Below are positions 9,793 to 19,076 of a stretch of 30,932 nucleotides of DNA, in pieces (the stretch's first letter is position 1; each line of letters begins with the position of its first letter). The notes beneath the pieces were generated by a model. The model was not told the origin of the DNA. It did no database searches and worked only from the letters and a program-made list of their open reading frames with translations. The stretch lies in contig CAZBSA010000001.1 of assembly GCA_964494785.1 (NCBI GenBank), forward strand, positions 1-30,932, given 5' to 3'. This stretch comes from an uncultured Gammaproteobacteria bacterium (GTDB lineage: Bacteria; Patescibacteriota; Patescibacteriia; UBA2591; UBA6264). Both the position numbers and the translations under genes were made by a program.

Positions 9793-10833
9793 TTACTCCC
9801 TGGCTGAAGGAATCAAAACAGGCTTTAAATTATCAAAATCCTCTAATATTAACCCTATCCCCCTTATTACAGAGGTTTCAGGCTCATTAGTAATATAAAC
9901 TGGGACTTCTATTTTTTCTTTGGCTAATTTTTCAAAACCACCTAATTTAGAACCACCACCGGAAAACATAATACCTCTCTCATAAATGTCAGAAACTAAT
10001 TCTGGCGGGCTAGATTCTATAGTATCATGAATAGATTCGATAATAGTGTTTAATAAAGGCATTATAGCTTCCCGTATTTGAGATTCCGTTACAATAATCT
10101 CTTTGGGTAAACCACTTCGTAAATCTCTACCCTTAACAGACATCTCTTTATTTTTATCAGACTGAAAAGCAGAACCTATTTGTGTTTTTAATTTAGATGC
10201 AGTTTGATTACCCAAAAGTACGCCAAACTCTTCTCTTACAAAACTAATTATTCTAGAATCAAATGATTCACTACCTATTTTTAAAGATTTCCACTCCACA
10301 ATCCCATTTAAAGAAATAACAGCTATTTCAGTTAAACCGCCCCCTATTTCTACCACCATACTTCCAATAGACTCTTGAACCGGCAAACGAGCCCCTATAG
10401 CTGCTGCCATTGCTCTTTGTACTAAATGTACTTGCTTTGCCCCAGCTTGTAGTATAACGTCCTCTAAAGACTTTTGTTCTACTTCTGTTACTTCCAAAGG
10501 GACGGCTGTTATTACAGTTGGTCTAGATACTAAAGCAAAAACATCTCTGTGTACTTTTTCAAAAACATTTTTAAGCATTTTTTCTGTCACTTCAAAGTCT
10601 GAAATCACTCCATGATGAAGGGGTTTTACTACTTCTATATGTTCAGGCACTTTACCCTCCATTTTTAAAGCATTTTGGCCAAGAGTAATAATTTGATCTT
10701 GTCTTTTATTAATAGCAACAATAGATGGTTCACTCATCATAATCCCCCTATCTTTTAAATAAACCCTAGTGTTGCTGGTTCCTAAATCAAGACCAATATC
10801 TTTTGAAATTGTTCCTAATATTTTTTTAAACAT
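9793..10833 (-). CDS. mreB: MreB-like actin homolog (divergent paralog)
   Basis: DIGLDLGTSNT, EPSIVA, PLHHGVISDF, AMAAAIGA, EIGGGLTE, IKTQIGSA-like LKTQIGSA, VKGRDL, SGGGS, GIG. Catalytic residues altered (see findings). Confidence 0.88.
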   Translation of the reverse strand: MFKKILGTISKDIGLDLGTSNTRVYLKDRGIMMSEPSIVAINKRQDQIITLGQNALKMEGKVPEHIEVVKPLHHGVISDFEVTEKMLKNVFEKVHRDVFALVSRPTVITAVPLEVTEVEQKSLEDVILQAGAKQVHLVQRAMAAAIGARLPVQESIGSMVVEIGGGLTEIAVISLNGIVEWKSLKIGSESFDSRIISFVREEFGVLLGNQTASKLKTQIGSAFQSDKNKEMSVKGRDLRSGLPKEIIVTESQIREAIMPLLNTIIESIHDTIESSPPELVSDIYERGIMFSGGGSKLGGFEKLAKEKIEVPVYITNEPETSVIRGIGLILEDFDNLKPVLIPSARE

Positions 10834-10844
10834 ATAATTTTAAT

Positions 10845-12305
10845 TTAATAACTTTGTGCAAAAAGCCATTTATGATTAGCTTCTTTACCACAATAAATAC
10901 ATTTCCCCTTTTCATTTTTATTTAATCGATCCATTTCTAAAACCCTGGTTGAAAACTTAGTTTCGTGTTTAATATTATCTTCACATTCTTTATTGCCACA
11001 CCAAAAAGCTCTTATAAACTTTTTAGAATTCTTGGCAATATCTTTAAATTCATCATAATTTTCTACCTCAACTGTCATTTTCTTTTTATTCTTTTCTGAT
11101 CGCTCAAATAAATTTAATTGAATAGAATCAAGCACTTCTTTAACCTTTTTAGATAATTTATTTTTTGTAATTTCTTGTTTTTTAAAATTATCCCTTCTTG
11201 CTAATGTTAAAACCTTATCCTCCATCTCGTTTTGCCCAATTTCAATTCTTAAAGGAACCCCTTTTAATTCCCAGTCATTAATCTTAAAACCAAGAGAATG
11301 TTTATCATCGTTATCTAAAACTACCCTAATATCATTTTCTTTTAATTCGTCTCTAACTCTTTTAGCATATTTTTCTACTCTTTTTTGTTTTTTCTCATCT
11401 TTATAAGGTACAGTTACTATAACTACTTGATTAGGAGAAATTTTAGGGGGAAAAATTAAGCCAGCATCATCACCATGACTTAAAATCAATCCCCCAATAG
11501 AGCGAGTAGAAAGACCCCATGAGGTTTGAAAAGGATGACTTTTTTCACCATTTTTATTTAAAAAACTAATATCAAATACTTTGGAAAAATTATTCCCTAA
11601 ATTATGAGAAGTAGCAGCCTGCAAAGCCTTTCCATTAGGAATAACCAATTCTACTGAATAGGTTCGCTTAGCTCCAGCAAATTTTTCTTGCTCACTTTTA
11701 ACTCCAACATAAGGAGAAATTGCTAAATAATCTTTATAAATCTTTTTATACCAATTCAATGCCTTCAAGGTCATTTCTTTAGCTTTTTCTTTTGTTTTAT
11801 GAACAGTATGTCCTTCTTGCCATAAAAATTCACTAGTTCTTAAAAATGGGTAAGTTCTTTTTTCCCATCTTACAATATTACACCACTGGTTTATTAAAAA
11901 AGGAAGATCCCTATAACTTTCTATCCAATCTGCAAAAGTTTTATACATAATAGTTTCAGAAGTTGGTCTTAAAACATAAGATTCTTTTAAGTCTTTGCCA
12001 CCGGCATGCGTCACTACAGCAAGCTCTGGAGAAAAACCTTTTAAGTGGTCTTTTTCTTTTTTTAGCAAATGATGGGGAATAAGCATTGGAAAATAATAAT
12101 TTCTTACCCCATAATCCTTAAACCATTTATCCAAAACAGTTTTAATCCTTTCCCATAATTCATAACTATTAGCCCTCATTATCATAGCTCCTTTTACTTC
12201 AGATTGATCCACTAACTTTGCCTGTGATACAACTTCATTATACCATTTAGCAATATTTTCTGATTTTTTAGTAAGATTTTTCTTTTCTTTTTTGCTATCT
12301 AACAT
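10845..12305 (-). CDS. proS: Prolyl-tRNA synthetase, archaeal/eukaryal (ProRS family I) type
   Basis: NYYFPMLIP, GFSPEL, RPTSET, NQWCNIVRWE, FLRTSEFLWQEGHT, ALQAATSHNLG, QTSWGLSTR, C-terminal C...C...CIYC Zn site, ends FAQSY. Confidence 0.97.
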   Translation of the reverse strand: MLDSKKEKKNLTKKSENIAKWYNEVVSQAKLVDQSEVKGAMIMRANSYELWERIKTVLDKWFKDYGVRNYYFPMLIPHHLLKKEKDHLKGFSPELAVVTHAGGKDLKESYVLRPTSETIMYKTFADWIESYRDLPFLINQWCNIVRWEKRTYPFLRTSEFLWQEGHTVHKTKEKAKEMTLKALNWYKKIYKDYLAISPYVGVKSEQEKFAGAKRTYSVELVIPNGKALQAATSHNLGNNFSKVFDISFLNKNGEKSHPFQTSWGLSTRSIGGLILSHGDDAGLIFPPKISPNQVVIVTVPYKDEKKQKRVEKYAKRVRDELKENDIRVVLDNDDKHSLGFKINDWELKGVPLRIEIGQNEMEDKVLTLARRDNFKKQEITKNKLSKKVKEVLDSIQLNLFERSEKNKKKMTVEVENYDEFKDIAKNSKKFIRAFWCGNKECEDNIKHETKFSTRVLEMDRLNKNEKGKCIYCGKEANHKWLFAQSY

Positions 12306-12325
12306 ATATATATTTTTAATTTCAT

Positions 12326-13492
12326 TTAAAATAAACCTATAATTTCTTTTAATGTGACAAAACCCATTAAGCCAAGAAGTAGTATAAATCCTGTACTGAC
12401 TATAATATTTTCAGTTTTATGTTTAATAGGTTTACCTTTAATACCCTCTATAATAGAAAAAAGTGCTCTTGAGCCATCCAAGGCTGGAAAAGGTATTAAT
12501 TGAAAAACTGCAATTGCAACAGACAAAAGAGCTAAAAATTGTATTAAATAAATATAGCCAATGCTTGCTATGCCTGCAGTTATTTTAGTAATACCTACTG
12601 GCCCGACTAAGCCACCTATCATTTGTCCCTTAGATATTAAAGAGCTAATCATTAAAAATATCCCATAACATATTTGGCTTGCTAAACCAATAGTAGATTT
12701 TACCCCCTTATAAAAGGCAATATGAATGGGGTATTTAACAATAGCAGACTTTGCAAGACTTGCCCCGATTACTCCGCGCTCAGGATTATCTTCTTCAATA
12801 TTATAAATATCAGCTATTTTGCCATAAACTTCTTTATATGATCTAATGCTTACTTTTTTTTCTACTATATTTTTATTTTTTTTCAAACCAATATTTAAAA
12901 CTTTGCCTTTTTTATCATTTATATATTCTTGAATATCTTTAATGTTATTAACATCTTTTCCATCAACTTTTTTAATAATATCGCCCATTATAATGCCAGA
13001 TTTATCAGCTGGAGAATCAGGAATTACAGAACCAACCTGAACACCAATGTTTTTAACTATATTAGCCTCTTTTCCTAAACTAGCTATATCTTGGGGTATG
13101 CCAGTACTATAAAGGGCAAAGAATATCAAAGCAGCTACCAAAAAATTCATGCCTGCTCCAGCTATAGAAACTAAAAACTTTTTCCACCATTTAGCGGTTC
13201 GGAAACTATCTGGACTATTATCTTTTTCCATTTCTCCCTTTAACTTATTAAAGCCACCAAATGGAATCCAATTTAAAGAATATATAGTTTTTCCTTGAGC
13301 CTGGTCTGGTTCATTTTTACCAAAAAACAATCTTTTTTTTCCTTTTTCCTTAAAAATGCCTAATAACCGAGGCGGATAACCAATCCCAAATTCTTCCACT
13401 TTAATACCAGAAATTTTAGCAACAAAAAAATGACCTAATTCATGAAAAAAAACTAAAATACTAAGCCCTATAATTGCTGTGATTACAAACAT
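12326..13492 (-). CDS. rseP: Site-2 protease (peptidase M50, RseP/RasP) with one PDZ domain
   Basis: HELGH Zn motif, GIKVEEFGIG, WIPFGGF, SIAGAGMN, PDZ (SPADKSGI..GD.I), QLIPFPALDG third-ligand motif. Confidence 0.93.
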   Translation of the reverse strand: MFVITAIIGLSILVFFHELGHFFVAKISGIKVEEFGIGYPPRLLGIFKEKGKKRLFFGKNEPDQAQGKTIYSLNWIPFGGFNKLKGEMEKDNSPDSFRTAKWWKKFLVSIAGAGMNFLVAALIFFALYSTGIPQDIASLGKEANIVKNIGVQVGSVIPDSPADKSGIIMGDIIKKVDGKDVNNIKDIQEYINDKKGKVLNIGLKKNKNIVEKKVSIRSYKEVYGKIADIYNIEEDNPERGVIGASLAKSAIVKYPIHIAFYKGVKSTIGLASQICYGIFLMISSLISKGQMIGGLVGPVGITKITAGIASIGYIYLIQFLALLSVAIAVFQLIPFPALDGSRALFSIIEGIKGKPIKHKTENIIVSTGFILLLGLMGFVTLKEIIGLF

Positions 13493-13498
13493 AAATGA

Positions 13499-14053
13499 TT
13501 ATCCTTTTATTTCTTGCTTTTTATTCTTTGCAAATTCTTCTAATTCAGCCTGTTTTTGATGAGTTAATTCATCTAATTTTTCTATTAAACGATATTTATC
13601 ATCTTCTGTAATATCGTGATTTTTTTCAGCTTTTTCTATTTTTGATTTAACCTCATCTCTAATAGATCGGAGTGATTCTCTGGCATTTTCAAGTTTTTTA
13701 TTTAAAACCTTTACTATTTTTTCTCTTGTTTCTTGATTAAGAGGGGGTAAATTTAGTCGAATAACATTATCCTCACCAATATTAGGATTAGCTCCTATAT
13801 CTGCCTGACTTAAAGCCTTTTCTATTTCTTTAACAATATTTTTATCCCAAGGACTAACTACTATAGTATGAGCATCTGCCACGCTAATAGAAGCAAGCTC
13901 TTCTAAAGGAGTTTTGGTGCCATAACTTTCTACTAATATATTATTAACTAATTTACTGCTTGCCCTGTTACTTCTAATAGAAGACATATCTTTTTTACCA
14001 AACTCAACCGCTTTTTCAAATTCTTTTTTGTGTTTTTCAATAATATTTTTCAT
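13499..14053 (-). CDS. frr: Ribosome recycling factor
   Basis: IRSNRA, YGTKTPL, ISV...IVVSPWD, IRLNLPPLNQETR, ARESLRSIRD, ITEDD. Confidence 0.95.
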   Translation of the reverse strand: MKNIIEKHKKEFEKAVEFGKKDMSSIRSNRASSKLVNNILVESYGTKTPLEELASISVADAHTIVVSPWDKNIVKEIEKALSQADIGANPNIGEDNVIRLNLPPLNQETREKIVKVLNKKLENARESLRSIRDEVKSKIEKAEKNHDITEDDKYRLIEKLDELTHQKQAELEEFAKNKKQEIKG

Positions 14054-14060
14054 AAATTTA

Positions 14061-15110
14061 TTATTTAGTTGTTGCTAAGTATAATATATCTGGATCTTTA
14101 GGGTGAACAAAAATATTTACTGGCAGCCCATCTACATCAAGATCTCGAGTAATCCAATCCTCGCCCCCGTTTCTAGATTTATAAAGAGTGTTTCCAGTTG
14201 CATAATATAAAATATCCGTATTACTATTAGAAAAACCTGCTACCCTAATTTCAGACTTATCTCTATGCCCTGAAGGTAATAATAAATCTAGTTTTGTCCA
14301 AGTTTCTCCACCATCTTGGCTTTTTAAAATGCTTTCTTTAGTTAAAACTAAAATAAATTTATCTTCCTTAAAATATACTTCTTTTATTTTTTTGTCTAAC
14401 TTCTTTTCTAATGATTCAACTTCATTCCATTCTTTTTGATCTTTGTCAGAATAAAGCAAGTCTTCACGACTAGTAGCTATAAAAATCTTATTACTTGTTA
14501 CTGGAGTATAAATTTTAACAATTGATCCGTAGAAATCTTTTAAAAGACTCCAGCTAGTACCTTCATTTTTGCTTTTAATAACCCGGCCATCTGAAAAACC
14601 AGCGTAAACACGATTAGGATACAAAGAGTCAACAAACACCTCTACAATTTTATCATTACTTTTTTTATCGTCCACATAAACTGGATCCCAAGTCCTTAAA
14701 GCATCAGCTGTTTTATAAAGGGTTTTACCTACCCCAACATAAACTACATGTTTTTTAACAGGATTTACTGTAATGGCTGTAATTTCGCCTTTAGGTAATC
14801 TTTTAACTTTGTGCCAATTTTTACCGCTATCATAGCTAAAAAATAAACCCTTTTCTTTTGTGCCAATATAAAAAGTTCTAGAATCTTGAGGGTCAATAGT
14901 AAAAACATTCACTTCTACATTTTCTAAAAACTCCTGCTTTTCTAAAGTATTTAAAACAGCTTTTTCTTTTAGCCAAGTTTTGCCGCTATCAGAAGATTTA
15001 TAAAAACCTCCTAAATCAGTTTTAATACTTATATTAGCACAACCAGCTAATGTAAATATTAAAACTATCACAAATAACACTAAAATAGTTTTAAGATTGT
15101 TTTTAGTCAT
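14061..15110 (-). CDS. Predicted lipoprotein with BNR/Asp-box repeats (Ycf48/VPS10-like beta-propeller)
   Basis: Signal peptide with lipobox LAG-C24. Seven Asp-box-like units: SSDSGKTW, SYDSGKNW, TADALRTW, SKNEGTSW, SDKDQKEW, SQDGGETW, SRNGGEDW. Confidence 0.82.
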   Translation of the reverse strand: MTKNNLKTILVLFVIVLIFTLAGCANISIKTDLGGFYKSSDSGKTWLKEKAVLNTLEKQEFLENVEVNVFTIDPQDSRTFYIGTKEKGLFFSYDSGKNWHKVKRLPKGEITAITVNPVKKHVVYVGVGKTLYKTADALRTWDPVYVDDKKSNDKIVEVFVDSLYPNRVYAGFSDGRVIKSKNEGTSWSLLKDFYGSIVKIYTPVTSNKIFIATSREDLLYSDKDQKEWNEVESLEKKLDKKIKEVYFKEDKFILVLTKESILKSQDGGETWTKLDLLLPSGHRDKSEIRVAGFSNSNTDILYYATGNTLYKSRNGGEDWITRDLDVDGLPVNIFVHPKDPDILYLATTK

Positions 15111-15121
15111 AATATTATAAA

Positions 15122-16036
15122 TTAAAGTCCTATAATTAAATATTCAAGAGCTATTTTTCTATTAACATATGATTTTAAAAAATAATCCGTTTTTAAAACT
15201 CTTTTTGAAATATTAATTAATTTTTCTTTATTATATTTTTTTAAAATTGATTTCAAGCCTAAACTTGTAGAAGCATTTAAATTAGGGGCCAAAATTAAAA
15301 ACCGCAGTATTGACAAAAGCAAAAACATAAAAGTTTCTAAATCTTCTACATTAAAAAGAACTTCCTCTTTTTCATAAAGTTCATCTTTTATAAGCAGCTT
15401 TTTGCATTCTAAGGCTTTCTTTTTTCTTTGATTAAATAATTTTTTATCTTGAGCTAAACTAAGAGCAAGCTCCATTTTATTACCTGCTAAAAACAAGATA
15501 TCTTGAATTTTTTGTTTATCAAAACTAAATTTATTCAAGGCTTTAATAATTTCTTGCTTACTAGGTGGGCTAAATCTTAATATTTGACACCTGGAAATTA
15601 TAGTTGGCAGCAAAAGATCTTTATTATCAGCAGTTAAAATAATATAAGCGTAAAAAGGGGGTTCTTCTAAAAATTTTAAAATTGAATTAGAGGCGGATTT
15701 TGTCATTTTATCAGCCTGATTTATTATAGCAACCCTTTTATTAGCAGAAAAGGGGGAATTGTTCAAATCAGAAACTAAATCCCTGGTTTGCCCTATTTTA
15801 ATAGAATCATTTTTATCTGGGGAAATAACCCTAAAATCAGGATGAGCGCCTTTGTCTATTTTCTTAAAAATTTCTTTCTTATTAGAATTTTTGTAAGATA
15901 ATATTTTTTTAGCAAACTCTTTGGCAACCTTAAACTTTCCAATCTTAGAGGGGCCATAAAAAAGATAAGCCTGAGTTAATAAACTTTTTTGTAAAGATTT
16001 ATTTAAAAATTCCAACTGTTTTTTATGCCCTGTCAT
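15122..16036 (-). CDS. holB: DNA polymerase III subunit delta-prime
   Basis: AYLFYGP..IGK, HPDF, IKIGQTR, RVAII..ADKM...ASNSILKFLEEPP, LLPTIISRCQ. Confidence 0.93.
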   Translation of the reverse strand: MTGHKKQLEFLNKSLQKSLLTQAYLFYGPSKIGKFKVAKEFAKKILSYKNSNKKEIFKKIDKGAHPDFRVISPDKNDSIKIGQTRDLVSDLNNSPFSANKRVAIINQADKMTKSASNSILKFLEEPPFYAYIILTADNKDLLLPTIISRCQILRFSPPSKQEIIKALNKFSFDKQKIQDILFLAGNKMELALSLAQDKKLFNQRKKKALECKKLLIKDELYEKEEVLFNVEDLETFMFLLLSILRFLILAPNLNASTSLGLKSILKKYNKEKLINISKRVLKTDYFLKSYVNRKIALEYLIIGL

Positions 16037-16070
16037 TAAAACTTAATTTAAATGTTTTTAGCTTATTTAA

Positions 16071-16099
16071 AGTATAACAATTAAAAGTTAAATCATCAA
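16071..16099 (-). promoter_or_regulatory. Promoter for the holB-lipoprotein-frr-rseP-proS-mreB block (TTGATG-N17-TATACT, extended -10)
   Basis: Minus-strand TTGATG 16099-16094; TGnTATACT with -10 at 16076-16071; 17-nt spacer. Confidence 0.6.
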
Positions 16100-17202
16100 G
16101 ATTTTAACGACTTTAACAATTTTAAAGTTTGTAGGCTACATTTTTGCCAAGAATATTTTTTAGCTCTTTTAAAACCCTTTTCTTTTAAGTGTCCCCTTAA
16201 ATTATTTTTTAAAATAATTTTTTTCATTAATTGAGAAAGTTCTTCAATACTATCAGGATCAAAATAAATAGCTGCTTTGCCTCCCACTTCTTTTAAAGAA
16301 CCGTTCTGAGATAAAATTACAGGAGTGCCAGATGCCATTGCCTCTAAAACAGGAATACCAAAACCTTCATAAAAAGAAGGGAATACAAAAGCTAGAGCAC
16401 CAGAATAAAGAAAAGATAAGGTTTTTTGATCAACATAACCTAGAGTTTTAATTCTTTTATCATTTGCAATTAAAGGCTTAATTTTTTTATAACCTAACCC
16501 AAAAGACCCAGCTAAAACTAACTGTATTTTAGAGAAATTTTTTTTAATTTTTTGAAAAGCTTTTATTAAGGTTAAAACGTTTTTCTTTTTTTCAATTCGT
16601 CCTACATATAAAAAATAGGGTTGATTAATTTTTAACTTTGACAACTTATCGTAAACTAATTCCTTATTTTTATGATAATAAAGATCTTTGTTATAACCAA
16701 GCGGGACAACTTTAATTTTTTCTTTTTTCACAAAATATGTTTTTAAAATTTCTTTTTTTGTAAATTCTGATGGAACAATAATTTTATCAGCTATTTTTAT
16801 ATTCCAAAAATGTACAAAACGAAAATAGATTCTTTGCCAAAAAGAATAAACCCAAGGATATTTTTTAAATCCCAAATCATGAACTGTAACTACTGACTTT
16901 TTAAAATAAAACAAGGGAATACTAGCTGCCGGCACAAATAAAACATCAATGGGGTGAAAAAATAACTCCCAATTTAATCTTATATGTGTCCATAAATATT
17001 TAAAAATCCAATTTAGAGTTTTCACATTAAGATTTTTTTTGTTTTTAAAATCTAAATTCTCTCTAGAATATATAAAAAAATTATCTCTCTTAAATTCATC
17101 AGTTTGAGATAAAAAAGAGAGATTTTTTAAAATTTGATAACTATACCAGCCTACACCTGTTTTTTGGCCCTCAGCTCGAGAACCATCTATACCTATTTTC
17201 AT
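16096..17202 (-). CDS. GT4-family (GT-B fold) glycosyltransferase
   Basis: MKIGID, KTGVGWY, VVTVHDL, IIVPSEFTK, YFLYVG..E.KKN, FVFPSFYEGFGIPVLEAMASG (E-x7-E motif). Confidence 0.92.
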   Translation of the reverse strand: MKIGIDGSRAEGQKTGVGWYSYQILKNLSFLSQTDEFKRDNFFIYSRENLDFKNKKNLNVKTLNWIFKYLWTHIRLNWELFFHPIDVLFVPAASIPLFYFKKSVVTVHDLGFKKYPWVYSFWQRIYFRFVHFWNIKIADKIIVPSEFTKKEILKTYFVKKEKIKVVPLGYNKDLYYHKNKELVYDKLSKLKINQPYFLYVGRIEKKKNVLTLIKAFQKIKKNFSKIQLVLAGSFGLGYKKIKPLIANDKRIKTLGYVDQKTLSFLYSGALAFVFPSFYEGFGIPVLEAMASGTPVILSQNGSLKEVGGKAAIYFDPDSIEELSQLMKKIILKNNLRGHLKEKGFKRAKKYSWQKCSLQTLKLLKSLKS

Positions 17203-17205
17203 ATT

Positions 17206-18213
17206 TTAATTAACTGATAAAATACTTCTTTTATAAGAATCTAAATTACTAAGAGCTTGTCCAGTTCCTTTTGCTACTGATAAAAGAGGTGCATCAGCTG
17301 CATAAGCAGGCACACCTATATCCTGAGTAAGTAATTTATCTAAATTCCTTAAAAGAGCGCCTCCACCGGATAAAACCATACCCTTTTCTATAACATCAGC
17401 TGAAAGTTCTGGGGGCGTTTCGTGTAATACTGACTTCACTGCTACTACAATAGAATTAAGCTCATTTTGAATTGCTTCAGTAACATCAGTTGAATCAATG
17501 GTAATTACTCTAGGCAAACCTAAAACCATATCTCTCCCCTTAATGTCCATTTCTTTAGCTTTTTCTAGCTCTAAGGCAGAGCCAATTTTAATTTTTATCT
17601 CTTCAGCACTTCTTTCTCCAACAGCTAAATTATATTTCTTTTTAATAAAATCTGCTATAGCAGCATCCAATTTATTCCCAGCTACTCTAACTGAAGTACA
17701 TTCAACTATTCCCCCTAAAGATATAACAGCAGCTTCAGTAGTACCTCCACCAATATCAATAATCATATGCCCAGAAGCTGAACCAATAGGAATCCCTGAA
17801 CCAATAGCAGCAGCAATAGGCTCTTTAATAATATAAGCTGCTTTTGCACCAGCTTTCATAGTAGCATCTACAACAGCCCTTCTCTCAGTTGAGGTAATTC
17901 CGCCTGGAACAGCAACCATCACTTCTGGCTTAAATAAATTAAGTCTACCAATTGCCTTTGACACAAAATAATTAAGCATAGCTTCGGTTGAACGATAATC
18001 TGCAATAACTCCATCTTTGAGCGGCTTTTTAGCAATAATTGTTCCCGGGGTCCTTCCAATCATTTCTTTTGCTTCATCTCCCACAGCTAAAACTTTTTTA
18101 TCTACGGTAGAAATAGCAACAACCGAAGGCTCGTTTATGACTATACCTTGGCCTGGCAAATATACTAAAATATTAGTTGTGCCTAAATCAATACCTATTT
18201 TTTTAGAAAACAT
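17206..18213 (-). CDS. mreB: Rod shape-determining protein MreB (canonical)
   Basis: IGIDLGTTN, NEPSVVA, MIGRTPG, PLKDGVIAD, KEPIAAAIG, DIGGGTTE, AEEIKIKIG, GRD, LSGGGALL, VAKGTG. Confidence 0.97.
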   Translation of the reverse strand: MFSKKIGIDLGTTNILVYLPGQGIVINEPSVVAISTVDKKVLAVGDEAKEMIGRTPGTIIAKKPLKDGVIADYRSTEAMLNYFVSKAIGRLNLFKPEVMVAVPGGITSTERRAVVDATMKAGAKAAYIIKEPIAAAIGSGIPIGSASGHMIIDIGGGTTEAAVISLGGIVECTSVRVAGNKLDAAIADFIKKKYNLAVGERSAEEIKIKIGSALELEKAKEMDIKGRDMVLGLPRVITIDSTDVTEAIQNELNSIVVAVKSVLHETPPELSADVIEKGMVLSGGGALLRNLDKLLTQDIGVPAYAADAPLLSVAKGTGQALSNLDSYKRSILSVN

Positions 18214-18241
18214 AAAATAATTTAAAAATATTTATATCTTT

Positions 18242-18269
18242 ATTGTAATTTAATATTTAAAAAAGTCAA
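18242..18269 (-). promoter_or_regulatory. Promoter of mreB-GT4 (TTGACT-N16-TACAAT)
   Basis: Minus-strand TTGACT 18269-18264 and TACAAT 18247-18242, about 29 nt upstream of the ATG. Confidence 0.55.
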
Positions 18270-18280
18270 CTCTTATATAA

Positions 18281-18307
18281 TAAAAGGGACAATTATTGTC
18301 CCTTTTA
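18281..18307 (-). terminator. Intrinsic terminator after rfbA
   Basis: Perfect 13-bp inverted repeat TAAAAGGGACAAT-T-ATTGTCCCTTTTA, about 25 nt downstream of the rfbA stop. Confidence 0.8.
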
Positions 18308-18331
18308 AATTATATAGAAAAAATTATAAAA

Positions 18332-19057
18332 TTAATCTGATTTATGGTCTTTATCATATAAATATTTAGTAGTTCTAAATAAAGACTCAAATTTTCCAGC
18401 ATCTGACCAAAACCCATCTAAAATCTCAAAAGTAGCTGTACCTTGATTAATATAAAAATTATTAACATCAGTAATTTCGTATTCTCCCCTGTCAGATAAA
18501 GTTAATCCTTCAATAACATCAAAAACTTGATTATCAAACATATAAAGCCCAGTTACAGCTAAGTTGCTTTTAGGTTTATCTGGCTTTTCTTCAATATTTA
18601 TAACTTTATCTTTTTCAACCTCAGCTACTCCAAACCTATTAGCCTTCTCTACTTCTTTGAAGAAAAGCTTAGCACCCTTTTTTTGTTCTTTAAAATCTTC
18701 AACATACCCTCCAATATTATCTTCAAAAATATTATCTCCTAAAATTACAGCTATTTTTTCTCCATCTGAGAAATCTCTAGCCCTTTTTAGAGCATCTGCA
18801 ATCCCTTTAGGAGCAGTTTGAATAGCATAGTTTAGATTAACCCCAAATCTTTTGCCATCATTTAAAAGCTCTAAAAAATCTCCAGCATGACCTTTGCCAG
18901 AAATAATTAAAATATCTTCAACTCCAGCTTTAGCTAACTTTTCTAAAGGATAATAGATCATTGGTTTTTTATAAACCGGTAAAAGATGTTTATTTGTGAC
19001 TTTTGTACAGGGCATAAGTCTAGTCCCTCTGCCCCCAGCTAAAATAACTCCTTTCAT
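18332..19057 (-). CDS. rfbA: Glucose-1-phosphate thymidylyltransferase (short form)
   Basis: GVILAGGRGTRL, NKHLLPVY.KPMIYYP, YAIQ..P.GIA.A, LGDNIF, FGVAE, EKP, AVTGLY, RGEYEITD, WSDAG. Clustered with rfbBDC. Confidence 0.9.
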   Translation of the reverse strand: MKGVILAGGRGTRLMPCTKVTNKHLLPVYKKPMIYYPLEKLAKAGVEDILIISGKGHAGDFLELLNDGKRFGVNLNYAIQTAPKGIADALKRARDFSDGEKIAVILGDNIFEDNIGGYVEDFKEQKKGAKLFFKEVEKANRFGVAEVEKDKVINIEEKPDKPKSNLAVTGLYMFDNQVFDVIEGLTLSDRGEYEITDVNNFYINQGTATFEILDGFWSDAGKFESLFRTTKYLYDKDHKSD

Positions 19058-19076
19058 AATTTTTTATAAATTAAAT

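Noticed and set aside
6810-13492. Motif variants in RNase III (LANVVES instead of LADxxEA) and RseP (QLIP instead of NLLP)
   Set aside because: Conservative changes, with the main catalytic residues (NERLEFLGD, downstream Glu; HExxH and LDG Asp) intact.
16090-16098. Possible TGA-to-Gly recoding (code 25, as in Gracilibacteria/Absconditabacteria)
   Set aside because: All conserved genes are full length under code 11 with GGN glycines, and tandem TGA TGA closes the GT4 gene at a normal length.
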